64,000 nucleotides of DNA from positions 129,704,001 to 129,768,000 of the forward strand of contig OX597817.1 of assembly GCA_951406725.2 (NCBI GenBank), in the 5' to 3' direction. The position numbers and the translations under genes were made by a program. The DNA comes from Octopus vulgaris. Lineage: Eukaryota. Of the stretch, positions 27,031-40,740 are shown piece after piece (position 1 is the stretch's first letter; each line of letters starts with the position of its first letter). A model generated the notes under the pieces. It had not been told where the DNA came from. It did no database searches and worked only from the letters and a program-made list of their open reading frames with translations.

Positions 27031-27679
27031 AACCTGTCGGGAGATTCGTATTGCTAATAAACTGAATCATCATTGTCCAACGACGGAGATTCACCTACTG
27101 ATTATGTAAGTGAATCGGTTTAGTATATAAGTACCTATGAAAGGAAAACCAAAAAGATCTGTAAATGATTGTGGGCGTAGTCTAATTTTATGCATGTGCT
27201 ATCTATACCTGAGTGTCTATAGTGATAAGCAATAGCTATGTTGTACTTTGGATGTGGTAGGGGTTGAGTTTTAATAGATGTAGCTTATATAAATGAACGT
27301 TCTTGCTGGAATGCGGTGGAGTTTTCTTAGAGAAGTAGTTGTATATGAAAGACTTGTTGGTATTTCTATAGCAGATGATCTAAAATTATAAGAAACAAGA
27401 GTCTAGTGTAAACCTAGGTGGGAAGGTAGTCTCGTGTAGGTGACGCTCTTTAAAGTAATTGATTGTATAGTAGAAAGATGCATATGTTTAAAATGTTTGC
27501 TAACTAGATAATTTAGAATAAGAGGTATTATAAAATGAAATAAAATAAAATAAAATTCAATAGAGTGGTAACTGTACTGGAAAATGTATATATATATATA
27601 TATATATATATATGCGTGTTCGTGTGTGTGTGTGTGTGTGTACGTATGTATATCATGTTTTATATATATATATATATTA

Positions 27680-28068
27680 TAAATTTGAGGGGAGGGGGCT
27701 AGTCGATTATATCGACTCGAATGTTTAACTGGTACTTATTTCATTGATCCCGAAAGAATGAACTGCAAAGTCGACCTCGGTGGTATTTCATTTCAGAACG
27801 TAAAGACGGACGAAATGCTTGCTAAGAATTTAGTCCGGCCGGCGTGCTAATGATGCTGTCATGCTCGCTGCCTTACTACTACTACTACTACTACTACTAC
27901 TGATGATGATGATGATGATAGTTTCTAATATAGACACAAGGCCATGTATTTAGGGAATAAGGTTAGTCGATACCACCGACCCTGGAATATAACCGGTGTT
28001 TTATTTTATCGATTCTGGAGAAATGAAAGAAAAACTATGGTGGGATTTGAACGCAGAATGTAAAGAGT
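27680..28068 (-). mobile_element. Two family B SINE copies (27680-27873, 27932-28068)
   Basis: AGTCGAT..ATCGAC...AACTGGTACTTATTT core in reverse orientation. Confidence 0.65.
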
Positions 28069-28415
28069 CATTCCCCCCCCCCCACCGACATTCAGTATGA
28101 ATAATAATTTACATTTCCCGCGGAGAAGATATAATGTGAGAAGACATACATGTATTGATATATGACGTAACGACTGACGGGGTCATAAAAAGAGGGGCAA
28201 TAGATATGTAAACTTACGGGAAAGTGTATAATGAAAGGGGTCGTGCATATACTATCTAACCGCAAAGAGGGTATAACGAGGTGAGTCATACGGTTATTAT
28301 GTAACGGTAGGGAGTTATAACGAGGGAATATATCGAGAGTTCATACATATATTACGTCACGACAAAGTGCGGGTAGTACGAGAGGAGATCTAAAACGTAA
28401 CGGTTGATGGTAGCC

Positions 28416-28665
28416 TTTTTTTCCCCCTTTTACTTGTTTAAGTCATTAGACTGTGGCCATGCTGGGGCACCGTTTTGGAAAATTTCTTAGTCGAGTGAAT
28501 GAATCGGCCTCAGTATTTATTTTTAAAGTCTGGCACTTATTCTATCGGACACTTATGCCGAACTGCCAAGTTACGGGGACGTAATTAAGCGGTTGTCAAG
28601 GCGCTGGTGGTGGGGCAAGCATGGACAAAACATACACACACACACACACACGCACACATATACGA
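28416..28665 (-). mobile_element. SINE family A, 3' half
   Basis: TTTTACTTGTT..AGTCATT.GACTGTGGCCATGCTGGGGCACCG tail in reverse orientation. Confidence 0.7.
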
Positions 28666-28774
28666 CGTCAGATATATAAGGTAAAGGTTAAGGATATAAC
28701 GAGCGAGTTCATACATATTTTACATAATGCTAGAGAGATTATAACGAGAGAAGTCATAGATATATCATGTTAAG

Positions 28775-29157
28775 GTGGAGTCGCAATGGCCCAGTAGTTA
28801 GGGCAGCGGACTCGCGGTCGTAGGATCGCGGTTTCGATTCCCAGACCGGGTGTTGTGAGTGTTTATTGAGCGAAAACATCTAAAGCTCCACGAGGCTCTG
28901 GCAGGGGATGGTGGTGAACCCTGCTGTACTCTTTCACCACAACTTTCTCTCACTCTTACTTCCTGTTTCTGTTGTACCTGTATTTCAAAGGGCCGGCCTT
29001 GTCACTCTCTGTGTCACGCTGAATATCCCCGAGAACTACGTTAAGGGTACACGTGTCTGTGGAATGCTCAGCCACTTACACGTTAATTTCACGAACAGGC
29101 TGTTCCGTTGATCGGATCAACCGGAACCCTCGTCGTCGTAACCTACGGAGTGCTTCC
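28775..29157 (+). mobile_element. Full-length tRNA-derived SINE (family D) with 13-bp TSD
   Basis: A box TGGCCCAGTAG, B box GTTTCGATTCC. Perfect TSD ATATCATGTTAAG at 28762-28774 and 29158-29170. Confidence 0.9.
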
Positions 29158-30805
29158 ATATCATGTTAAGACATAGAGAATAAAAGAGATAGAGTATAGA
29201 GATAAAGCTTAACGATTGACAAATTGTGATGTATACTTAATATGCTACTATTTAGCGTAGATTTTCGTTCCGGAGTAGGCAAGGCGATAGATCACTGGCG
29301 AAATATTTTAACTCAAGGGACAAATAGAACAAGAAGAGTTGAGAATCACAACTTCAGGTGGTTGCTTGTTATATCAGAAATAGAAATCAAATTCACATCC
29401 CAGCTGCACAACTGCTTTTTCTAAACGAAGTCATTTAGTGGATAGTTTTGTCTGAGATACTCTTTGGGATTAAGTTGGATGACAATGGCTAACCTGGTTA
29501 AACAACAAAGACAATAATATATTATAACTGGCCAACATTGATAGCACTGGCTAAATGCCTCTGTCACACAAACATTTAACTTTACGAACCAATGAATGAA
29601 GTCACGACGTGCAATCCTGAGTTGTAAGAAATAACAGCCAAATCCCCTTAAATCACACACAGCAGCTTTAAAATATGACATGTCGAATAATGATTCATGA
29701 TTCATTGTATCAGTGATATATAATGAAAGATGGAATACTAAGAGCAGGATTTTGCTTTGACCTTAGGTTTGCTTAATTAGAGCTGATCTAAGCAGCAGTA
29801 GCAGCAGCAACAGTAGCAGCAACAGCAGCAGCAATGGCATTTGACCTGTGGTCAATCAAAGGAGGGTAAATGTTACTGAAAGCACAATGACTTCGGTCTA
29901 TATAAATTGTTCTTAACTTGGGCGATAACGTTTTATTTAGGATTTTTGTGAGATCACAATTGCGAAATAAAGGCCAAGCCCTATAGAGACGCAGAGTGAT
30001 TAGAGTGAACGTGATTTTTTGTTAGAAATAAAATATTTAAACCAGGTAAAATATTTATACATCATTTAAACACATTTTTTCAGAAAAATATTTGCAGGCT
30101 TGAAATATATAATATTTTTTATAATGCGCCAAGGACTAATATAATTTCCTTATATAAGTCTATACTTTCTTCAATAATTCCTGTAGAAATTTACAATGAG
30201 AGCACTAATCCGAGAGCACTAATCTTAAAATAGACACATTCTGGATGGAATGGTATCAAAATATAGGCAATAAATCACTGCAAAAATTTGCCGTTGTGTG
30301 ATTAAAATACATTAAGTGCTTTTGTTTTTGTTACCTTTATAAAATACAAAGAGATGGGAGATGGCACTTTGTAATACGTTTGAAAACACCAGTTCTTATA
30401 AAAATTTCGTAGCCCTTGGTGTGTTACAAAACGCCATTCCATTTATGAGGCTGCAAACGTTTTAGAGCTTTACGGCTGGTCTATTTGGACGTTGTTTTCT
30501 GTCAGTACAAAACGACATAAAATCAAGATGGATTTCTCACAGCCAATTCATTGATTGATAATAATACAATAGACTGAATGAATTACTAGGTAATGTAAAA
30601 TCTTGCAAGTTCAAAAGAATGCGGCTTTTATGTTCCAAATAAAATAAAATGTTCAATGTGTTTCTAAATTGATGTTCAATGTCGTTTGAAAGACTTCATT
30701 TGCACAAAAGTTACAGACATGGCAGGGTGTACAATAGTGTACCACACACATTCACGACTGATGCATACTTGCGTATGCGTGTATGCATGTTGCCTGTATG
30801 TGTGT

Positions 30806-30844
<39 letters not shown>

Positions 30845-30888
30845 CTATGAAATAAAAGAACACAATAAAAATATTCTTGAAATATACT

Positions 30889-30921
<33 letters not shown>

Positions 30922-31827
30922 GCATGTGTGAGTTTGAATGTATATATATATATATATGATTATGTATACGTATTTGTGTATGTATGTGTGTGTGTTTGTG
31001 CATGTATGCTTGGACAAAAGGACGTAAAGTCCAATATGTTTCTAAATTACTCTACATTATAGATTGAACTACTTCATTTGCACAGGAATTATAGAATCGA
31101 TAAAATGTCTGGTGTATTTTTATTTTTGTTATACACATTCACATACACAAAATATTACGTATTACATTTAGACATACACACACACACACACACACATATA
31201 TACATACATACAACACACACACACACACACACACACGCACATATACACACACATATTTACACATATGTATATATATACCATATGTTTGGTTTTAGGTTAA
31301 ACAAAATCAATTTTACAACGAACTGAGGATTACTCGATATTTTTTTGTGCAGTACATATTTATTGTTTTTAACATGAATAGAATTGACTGTGACTTCGAA
31401 GTTTCGGTTTGCTAATCCATTTATATACACTGTGCAAATAATAAGGGTAGAAAATTTAGATACAGGAATTCGAATTTGACAGTAACAACAAAAATATTTT
31501 TTTTATTTTTTACTTTCATTCCCTTTGAAATTGCTCTTATTCATGGTTTGGGCTTTGACTGCCTCTGTAGCATGTAAAACGTCCTGTCAAAGGTTACCTA
31601 TTTCGTGTATAAATACGTAAATTGTTTATGTATTCGTGCATATAAATATTATGCTTATATGTGCATGTATATATATGCATATATCACCTCACCCTCTCTC
31701 TCTCCTTTCCATCTCCCCCTCTCCTATCCCCTCACCTGTCTCTTCTCACCCCTCTCTTCCCCTCCCATTCTCTTCGCTCTGTCTCTTTATATATATATTT
31801 ATATATATATATATAAATAAAGGTTTG

Positions 31828-33372
31828 TCTGAGTAGTAAGAAGCTTGCTTTCCAATCACATGGTTCTGGGTTCAGTCCCACTGCGCGAATCCTTGGGCAA
31901 GTGTCTTTTACTATAGCCTCGGACCAATCCAAACTTTGTGAGTGGATTTGGGAAACGGAAACTGAGAGAAGCACGTCGTATATATGTTTGCATATATATA
32001 TATATATATCCAAAAAACAGAACAAGAATATAACGGACAACAATGAAAACATACGGACAGATGGACGATACAAAGACGGACAGGAAAACCAGGACGGAAC
32101 ATTCGTGTCTTTCTATTAATCAGTCAAGCTTCCAATCATCGTTACAGTTTTGGCCTCTTGCAATTGAGACTGTTTAAAATTAGTTGGTCCCCAAAAATCT
32201 AAGCTAAAGGCATTAAATTTTTGGAAGAAAGCGAGTGAATATGTGCGGCAACACAGACAAAAAGAAATGAAAAAAACGGAGAAAATGTTACACGATTACA
32301 AATACAAACAACAAGAATAACAACGGGTGTCTTTCGACTTAAAGGACAAGTTAAGATGGCGTGTGAAGTGGAAGCCTTGCAGCAACAAACATTAATGAAA
32401 GTCAGAAGAGTTGCGCTCAGGCCATGAAAGAAAGATCATGCTTGGCCGAACACCGAAGGAAGCAGGGGGATTGAAGATTTAGGGAAGGAATTAGAGAGAG
32501 AGAAGGGGGGAGAGAAGATACAAGGGCGATAACAGAAGAAAGTAGAGAGATTAAGGAAAGAGAATGCCAAGAAATGTGAGAGAGGGGGAGCGAGAAAAAC
32601 AAAAGAGGAAAGAAAGAGGAGAGTCGTACAGAATTTAGGTATATACTTGCATAAAAGCTGAGCAAAAGGCGTACGCACGCCGTTATATGCATACATAAAT
32701 AATAAAAAAAAACGGAACAAAAACGTAACGGACGACAATAAAACATATGGACAGCTGGACGACACAAAGACAGACAGGAAAACCAGGACAGAACATTAGT
32801 GGCTTTCTATTCATCAGTCAAGCTTCCAATCATCATTACAGTTTCGGCCTCTTACACTTGAGACTGTTCAAAATTGGTAGGCCCCAAAAATCTAAGCTAG
32901 TGGTATTAAATTTTTGGAAGAAAGCGAGCGAATATGAGCGACAACTCGGACAAAGAAAAAAACAAGAAAACCTTTCTCTGTTCCTTCCACGTGATCGGTG
33001 CTTGGCCAAGCATGATCTTTCTTAGCCTGACCGCAACTCGCACAACACCTTATTTTCCTTCTCCTGACCTTCATCTATGTTTGTTACCACAAGGCTTCCA
33101 CTTCACGCGCCAGGTTAACTTAATTTGTCCTTTTAGTCGAAAGACACCTGGTGTTTTATTTGTAATCGTGTAACATTTTCTCCATCTTCTCCATGTGTGT
33201 GTGTGTCTTGACAACCAGTGTTTGTGTGTTTTCGTTCCCGTAGCCTAAGTGGTTCGGCGAGACCGACAGAATAAGTACTAGGCTTTAAAAAGTCCTGGGG
33301 GCGATCTGTTCGACTAAAACCCTTCTAGGTGATATTCCAGCACGGCTTCAGTCAAATGACTGAAGCAAAAGA
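31828..33372 (+). mobile_element. SINE family A split by a ~1.2-kb insertion in its central microsatellite
   Basis: 5' half 31828-31982 and 3' half 33205-33372 align with 37853-38228. Confidence 0.7.
32010..33185. mobile_element. Composite non-coding repeat A-B...A'-B'(inverted)
   Basis: 32010-32270 directly repeats 32700-32965, and 32278-32457 is the reverse complement of 32996-33185. Confidence 0.75.
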
Positions 33373-33952
33373 AAATATATATATAAAAAAAAAAGGTATA
33401 GAGAAAGATAAGCAATAATACCAATGAAACAAACGACGATTTCCTTCATCAACGTCTGCTGAGTTTCAATGCGATGTCGACGCCTTAGAATAAGGTCACC
33501 TCTGCTCAACGTCGTCAGTAACTTTTAGAAAATCTAAAAACGACTAAGGCAATGATGAAGGCATATGAAAGTTACGAAAATTGTGGCAAAGACGGAGATG
33601 AGGACAGTATTGGGCTTTTTTATTTTTCAATGAAAGAATATACAAGAACATGGGACAAATCGGCACAAAAGTAATGTTGGCAAAATATAAGAATATACAA
33701 AATTAGTTTCTCGAACAATAGTTACTGAACTTCAAAAGACGGACAATAGTCATTGAACTTCAAATAGCGGAGAAGGACAGAAAACGTGTTGTGCAAGAGA
33801 GTCCAGTTAATAACAGAAAAAAAATCGAGAGGAAGTGAGAAATGAAGAAGGAGAATTTGCATTCTAGGAAAGGATGGTGAGGAAGTAGAGAGTAGAGAGA
33901 AAAGGTGAGGGGGAGTGCAAGTAGGAACAAGAAAGGAGGCGTAAAGAGAGAA

Positions 33953-34027
<75 letters not shown>

Positions 34028-34702
34028 GTGTGCCTGCGCCATGTGGGAATGTTTGAACTGTAACAAATTGTTATTCTTATTGGTTATTCCCAGAACTTAT
34101 TGAGGAAACTTGTGATGAAATGCACTCCAGCTGTGAACAACCTGTCTTCTTACAGACATTGGATACTGCAGTCTACATTATTCAAGGCATTTTCTCATCT
34201 TTAAGGCAACATGGTGTGGTGTGAATATTTGGCTGCTATTTTTACCAGATCGAATGTATATGTAGAAGATCTCTCGTTTGCTCGATTGAAACAGGTAGTT
34301 CTAATTATTTGTGAAACCCGAGACAACACCATAATTGAAGGGGTGTTTCGTTAAAATCTTTTTAATTTGATTCCAGGAATTGTTGTACTGTCGTCGATCT
34401 CATGTGAACATTTCCCTCAATGTACTGTTTCCCCATTTTCTCTCTTAATTTGAAGCGAGACAGCTATTGAAACACACGAGCATATGTCTTATAGAAACTT
34501 GTAATTACATTGTGTGGATTTGTGTGCACATGTATATACATATGTCTAAGTGTTTCTGATTGTGTGCTTGTGTGTGTGTGTGCGTGTGTATGTGTGTGTG
34601 CGTGCGCGTACATGCCACTTGTGCTCAATTGCGCTGTTCCTTCTGCTACAAGGAAATCTTGTACTTGTTTCAACGATATCTTTGGTTAAAAAATCCCATA
34701 CG

Positions 34703-34746
<44 letters not shown>

Positions 34747-35414
34747 TACACAAACACACACAGATATACACAAACTCACACACATTCAAACATACACACG
34801 CACGCACATAGATGCAAACACATGCAGATATATACACATTATACCTACCCACAGTGCAGACACACTCACACATACGCAAATACGCATTCATTTATACATA
34901 TGTCTAAAACTATATCTATATCCAAATATATGTCTGTATTTTCTATTAATCACGCTCTCTCTCTACCAAATTCCTCTCGTATTTCTCTCTTCCTTTGTGT
35001 AAATATGAATATGTGTATGTGTGCGTTTGTATGTATAATTCAATTGAATTAGGTACTTGAAGCAAATCGGTCAGGTATTATCGGCACAGCTCGAAGCAAA
35101 GTGAATAAAATCAGAATAAGCAACGGGATATCAACTAGTGATGTAGTACGACCGTTTCAAGCGGCTCCATTTAATTGAATAGTGCAATCATTACATCAGT
35201 TTAAATGCAGTGCTATCTTCAGTTACACAAATAAATAAATGGAATTTTAACCAGTTGGACACATTAATTTAATTTTTCTCAAATATTTTAAGAGCAACAA
35301 GATGGAAGAAATTCATGTTTACGCTATTTTAACAAAGAATAGACTACACTTCCAAAAATCGCATGAAGTCTATTGGCGTCACAATGTTCTAAAGGATTGT
35401 AATTTATGTATATA

Positions 35415-35462
<48 letters not shown>

Positions 35463-35463
35463 A

Positions 35464-35522
<59 letters not shown>

Positions 35523-35527
35523 ATATA

Positions 35528-35732
35528 AAGTTAATACAAAACATGAAAACACAAAGAGAAAACACAACAACGCGAGGACGTGGAACAATTTTAGTGTTAT
35601 TGGACGCCCAGGAAAGGCAAGAAAGAAGGATTTAACGTTTTGAGCGGAGCTCTTAGTCAGAAACATAGGAAAAGGAAAGATCCAAGGAAAGGAAGACGGA
35701 GAAAAAATATCGCCAACGGTACACACGCGGTC
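35528..35732 (-). mobile_element. pLTR-like non-coding repeat with degenerate hammerhead motif (35631-35674)
   Basis: Reverse complement TTT-CTGACTA-AGAGC-TCC-GCTC-AAAACGTTA. Abuts (TA)n and resembles 39790-39940. Confidence 0.55.
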
Positions 35733-35769
35733 ACACACACACACACATACACATTTGCATATGTATAAG

Positions 35770-35986
35770 CAAACATTGAAGTGCTGAGTGAGTTGGTATT
35801 TTAGAAATGAAAGGAATCTCGGATGTAAGAGAATAGCTGTGAAAACAGCTTATAGAATCGGTTAAAGTACCCTTATTACTGGAAAAAGTGTGCAGCAACG
35901 CTCTAAACTGTTTTCACAGCTGTTCTCTTGCGTTCGAGAATTCCTTCATTTCTAAAATATCAACTCACCCGCCGCTTCAATGTTTG
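35770..35986. repeat. Inverted repeat, ~85-bp arms and ~45-bp spacer (MITE-like)
   Basis: CAAACATTGAAG...GTGAGTTG.TATTTTAGAAATGAA...CTGTGAAAACAG matches the reverse complement of 35901-35986. Confidence 0.85.
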
Positions 35987-36006
35987 TATACATACACGCG
36001 CACACT

Positions 36007-36141
36007 AAATCCGTTTACAAGGCTTTGGGCGACCCGAGGCTAAAGTAGGAGACATTAGCGTATGGTGCCGCGCAGTGGGACTTAATTCAGAACCATGCGG
36101 TTAGGAAGCAAACGTCTTACAATACAGCCGCGCCTGCGCCT
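36007..36141 (-). mobile_element. SINE family A, 5' half
   Basis: Reverse complement starts AGGCGCAGGCGCGGCTGT...AACCGCATGGTTCTG. Confidence 0.7.
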
Positions 36142-37693
36142 ATTGCCAGTTTTTTTTTAGTTCTTACTGTCAGGAACTGAAAAGTACGAATTTCAGAAAA
36201 AGTTATATTGCCTATAAACTTTTGCAAAAGATGTCCTAAAGCAAAATAGCAGTTATGTAAGTGCAAAGCTAAACTATCGCCTATAAATTGGATAGCTTTC
36301 ATACATTAAGTTAATGAGGCAGAAATACAGAGATTCGATGACTTTGAATTTTTGTATAGAATGAGTTGTTAAGCAGAATGTCTAGTGCGTGGTGATAAAA
36401 CTGAAGAACCCCACTGGGTTCCTGCTTATAAAATTTTTATGCACTATTTTATGAATGGATCTTGGTTCTAAAACGTTTGTACTTATTGGTTTTAAAACAT
36501 TTATAAGTATACAAACGCACATACATGCTCATACATAACGCGACAGGTAGCTAAAATCTTGGGTTCAGCAGTACGTCGAACACATATTTTTGGCAAAAGA
36601 CTGAGGAAGTGTATTGATATGACTAAGTAGTTTTCATTAAATAATTGTGTCCTCCTGCCATTTAACTAATGGAAACATGTATATGTTTTATAAAGCATAA
36701 ACAATCCAAAATATTTTCCGTATCTTATTAATAGTATATGTAAATGTGTGTGAGAGTGTGTGTACTTACACATACATGCACACACATGTACACACACACA
36801 CACGCACATGTACACACACACGCATACATATATACATACATAAACATACGTATATGTATATATGTGTATGTATTTATATGTATGTATGCATAGAACGTGT
36901 GTTAGTGTGTGTGTATATCTGTGCGCGTGTGTATGAGGGTGTGACAGTGTTGAGTTGAAGAGAATAAAGAACACACAAGAATGCAGTATGTGACGGTAGA
37001 CGTTTGAGAGAGGAAAAACAATAAAAACTGAAAATTGAAAAGAGGCAAACAAACAGTGAGAGAGACAGCTGATCTGACCTGAAAACGAGATTAACATTCG
37101 TGGATCAGTGTGTGCATGCATGCATACACACATACATACAAACATACATACATACATATATACATACATACATACATACATACATACATACATACATACA
37201 TACACACATACATACATACATACATATATATATGCATGCATATAAAAAGACGTATTTAAATGCTATCCTTATGTATGTACACGCTGTGTGTCTCTCTCTG
37301 TGAGACTGTGCTTGTGTTGTGTTTAAGTGTGTAAGTGCACAGTTACGTAACTGATTGCCTATCGTCTGCGTCACCTAACCCCAAGAGGGAGTGTTGAAGG
37401 GGTCAAGGACAACCTCTGACATCTAAATTATTCAATAGCAACAGTGGGTGTCGGAGCATAGAAGGGGAGTCAGTATGACTAATCTCAAATAAAGAGGTAA
37501 TGAGAGTATAGAAGGAAGGGGTGGTCAATTGGGAGACAAATTCTATTTTCTGTATGTAGTCGAGCTTGTTATAAGGTTTATGTATCTTCGTGTTATATTT
37601 ATACATGAAAGTACATACAACCAGACAACCTTTAAAATAACTCTATATTCTTTCTATTGTGCTCCTTCTCCCTCTCTCTGTCATCTATCTATG

Positions 37694-38228
<535 letters not shown>

Positions 38229-38274
38229 AATATATACATACATACATACAAACATACATACATACATACATACA

Positions 38275-38373
<99 letters not shown>

Positions 38374-38920
38374 ACAGATAAGTAACCACCCCATGACCGT
38401 CTCTAGAATCACTTATATACACATACATGTAATTGTTCCTTCGAACGGTAAAACTCGTAGCAAATAAACCTATAGATAATAATATTTAGATATTTGCTTA
38501 AAAACCTTTTAGGATAGAAAAGTCGACCGTCTGATGAAAGCTTGTAGGACGAAACGTTGACGTCACTTTCACAACCTTACTTCTAAAATTATGACAAATA
38601 TACATACTACAGAAAATAATGAGTAATCATTTAGATTAATCTATATTGTGCGTTTGAGCAAAGAACTTCATTTCATGTTACCCTACGATCACTTTGACAC
38701 CTGGCATGATACATCATGCACCTGTTCAGGCAACATTGATTTGATGTAGAAAGTGAGTTAATGTACAGCTCAAACAATTGTTCGCCATAAACAAGTTATT
38801 TGTGTGAGGTCGTTCGGCAAAAACTGAACACTCATACGTTGTCTTTGACGGGAGATTACAATATATGCATACATGCAGGCATACATTCGCGCGCGCGCGC
38901 ACACACACACACACACGTAC

Positions 38921-38989
<69 letters not shown>

Positions 38990-39185
38990 TAGAACAAGTA
39001 GAAAGATAAATTTTATTGAACGCGTAGATACCGAAGAGTATATATAAAGGATAGAATCCTTTTTTAAAAGCAGAAAAAATTGGCTGCCGACAAATTTTTC
39101 AGCTTTTAAAAAGGGATTTTATTCTTTATATATATACTCTTCAGTATCTACGCGTTCAATAAAATTTATCTTTCTACTTGTTCTA
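38990..39185. repeat. ~196-bp near-perfect palindrome
   Basis: Outer 42 bp are a perfect inverted match (TAGAACAAGTAGAAAGATAAATTTTATTGAACGCGTAGATAC). Arms continue with few mismatches to a small loop near 39086. Confidence 0.95.
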
Positions 39186-39310
39186 CAATACATTTTAACG
39201 CTTCGAAAACAAACTTGTTTGTTTACATACGACGTATGTATGTATGTATGTATGTATGTATGTATGTATGTATGTATGTATGTATGTATGTATGTATGTA
39301 TGTATGTATG

Positions 39311-39360
<50 letters not shown>

Positions 39361-39363
<3 letters not shown>

Positions 39364-39940
39364 AGAGTCTACGGAAAAACAAAAGACGAAGACAGGTGGT
39401 GTACAAAACAAACAGATGTATTAGTATAATGCTCAGGAATAGAAAGTCTTTTACGTTTCGAGCCTACGCTCTTCTACAGAAAGTGACATAAAAAAAACAA
39501 GGAGAGAAACCAGACACAGTTAATATCACACACAACAGTTACCACCATACGCCCACACGCGCACGCGCTAATACGCACACACACACACACAGTTACTGTC
39601 CACCAACACATACACACGCGCACACACACAGCCATACACACACACACACACACACATATACACAGATACCAACCATTCTTCACACTCTCCTGTCCAAGAA
39701 AGCACTTTCTCTTTGTCTTTCTACTTCCAGTCATTTCAAAAATGTAACAACACATGGACAGTCATCGACTGATTTCCTTTCCTTTTGGACTTACCTGTTA
39801 CCTGTTTCCGAAGAAGAGCTACGCTCAAAACATAAAACAACCACTCTTTTTCTTCTCTGGGCGTCTTATTAATACTTTACATGTGCTATGTTCTCTTTTT
39901 TATTTTCTTGTTGTCTTCTCGGTTTTTTTAATTAACTATA
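39361..39940. mobile_element. Two divergent pLTR-like units, each with a minimal hammerhead-like motif (39448-39483 minus, 39803-39839 plus)
   Basis: CTTT-CTGTAGA-A-GAGCGTAGGCTC-GAAACGTA-AAAG and TGTTT-CCGAAGA-A-GAGCTACGCTC-AAAACATA-AAACA. Both outer ends run into TA. Confidence 0.55.
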
Positions 39941-40267
<327 letters not shown>

Positions 40268-40740
40268 TGAGAGAGAGTGAGTGAGAAAGAGAGGGCGTGG
40301 TACTTGCATAGCAAGTGTTTCGATTTGTGATCATGTGCTGAAACAAAAGCGTTTGCTACGTACAAGACATGTGTGTGCGTATGCGCGCGCGCACATTCAT
40401 TTCCTCAGTATCACATATGTAAAAATACGCAAAGCAACGAAGGTAGCTAGTGTCAGTGAAATTAATAAATACCAGAATGTTTTCATTATATAAATATCTT
40501 TCAGAGTATGGTAAATCCGTTAAGTGGGGAATAGTATTTTATTCAGTTAGTTGCTGGAAATTTCTCAATAAATATAAGAATGGAAGTGGCTACAGGAATT
40601 CACTAGTTCCGATCTTTTGTTTAAGATTGTAAAATATGCAGGTGGTGCTTTATTTTCCGAGACAAAAATCTCATCATATGGAGTTATAATTGTATTGAGA
40701 CATTTTATAATGGACTCCTTGGTGAATAATTGCTAACACT

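Noticed and set aside
28780-28855. Functional tRNA gene
   Set aside because: The acceptor stem does not pair, and it is the head of a TSD-flanked SINE.
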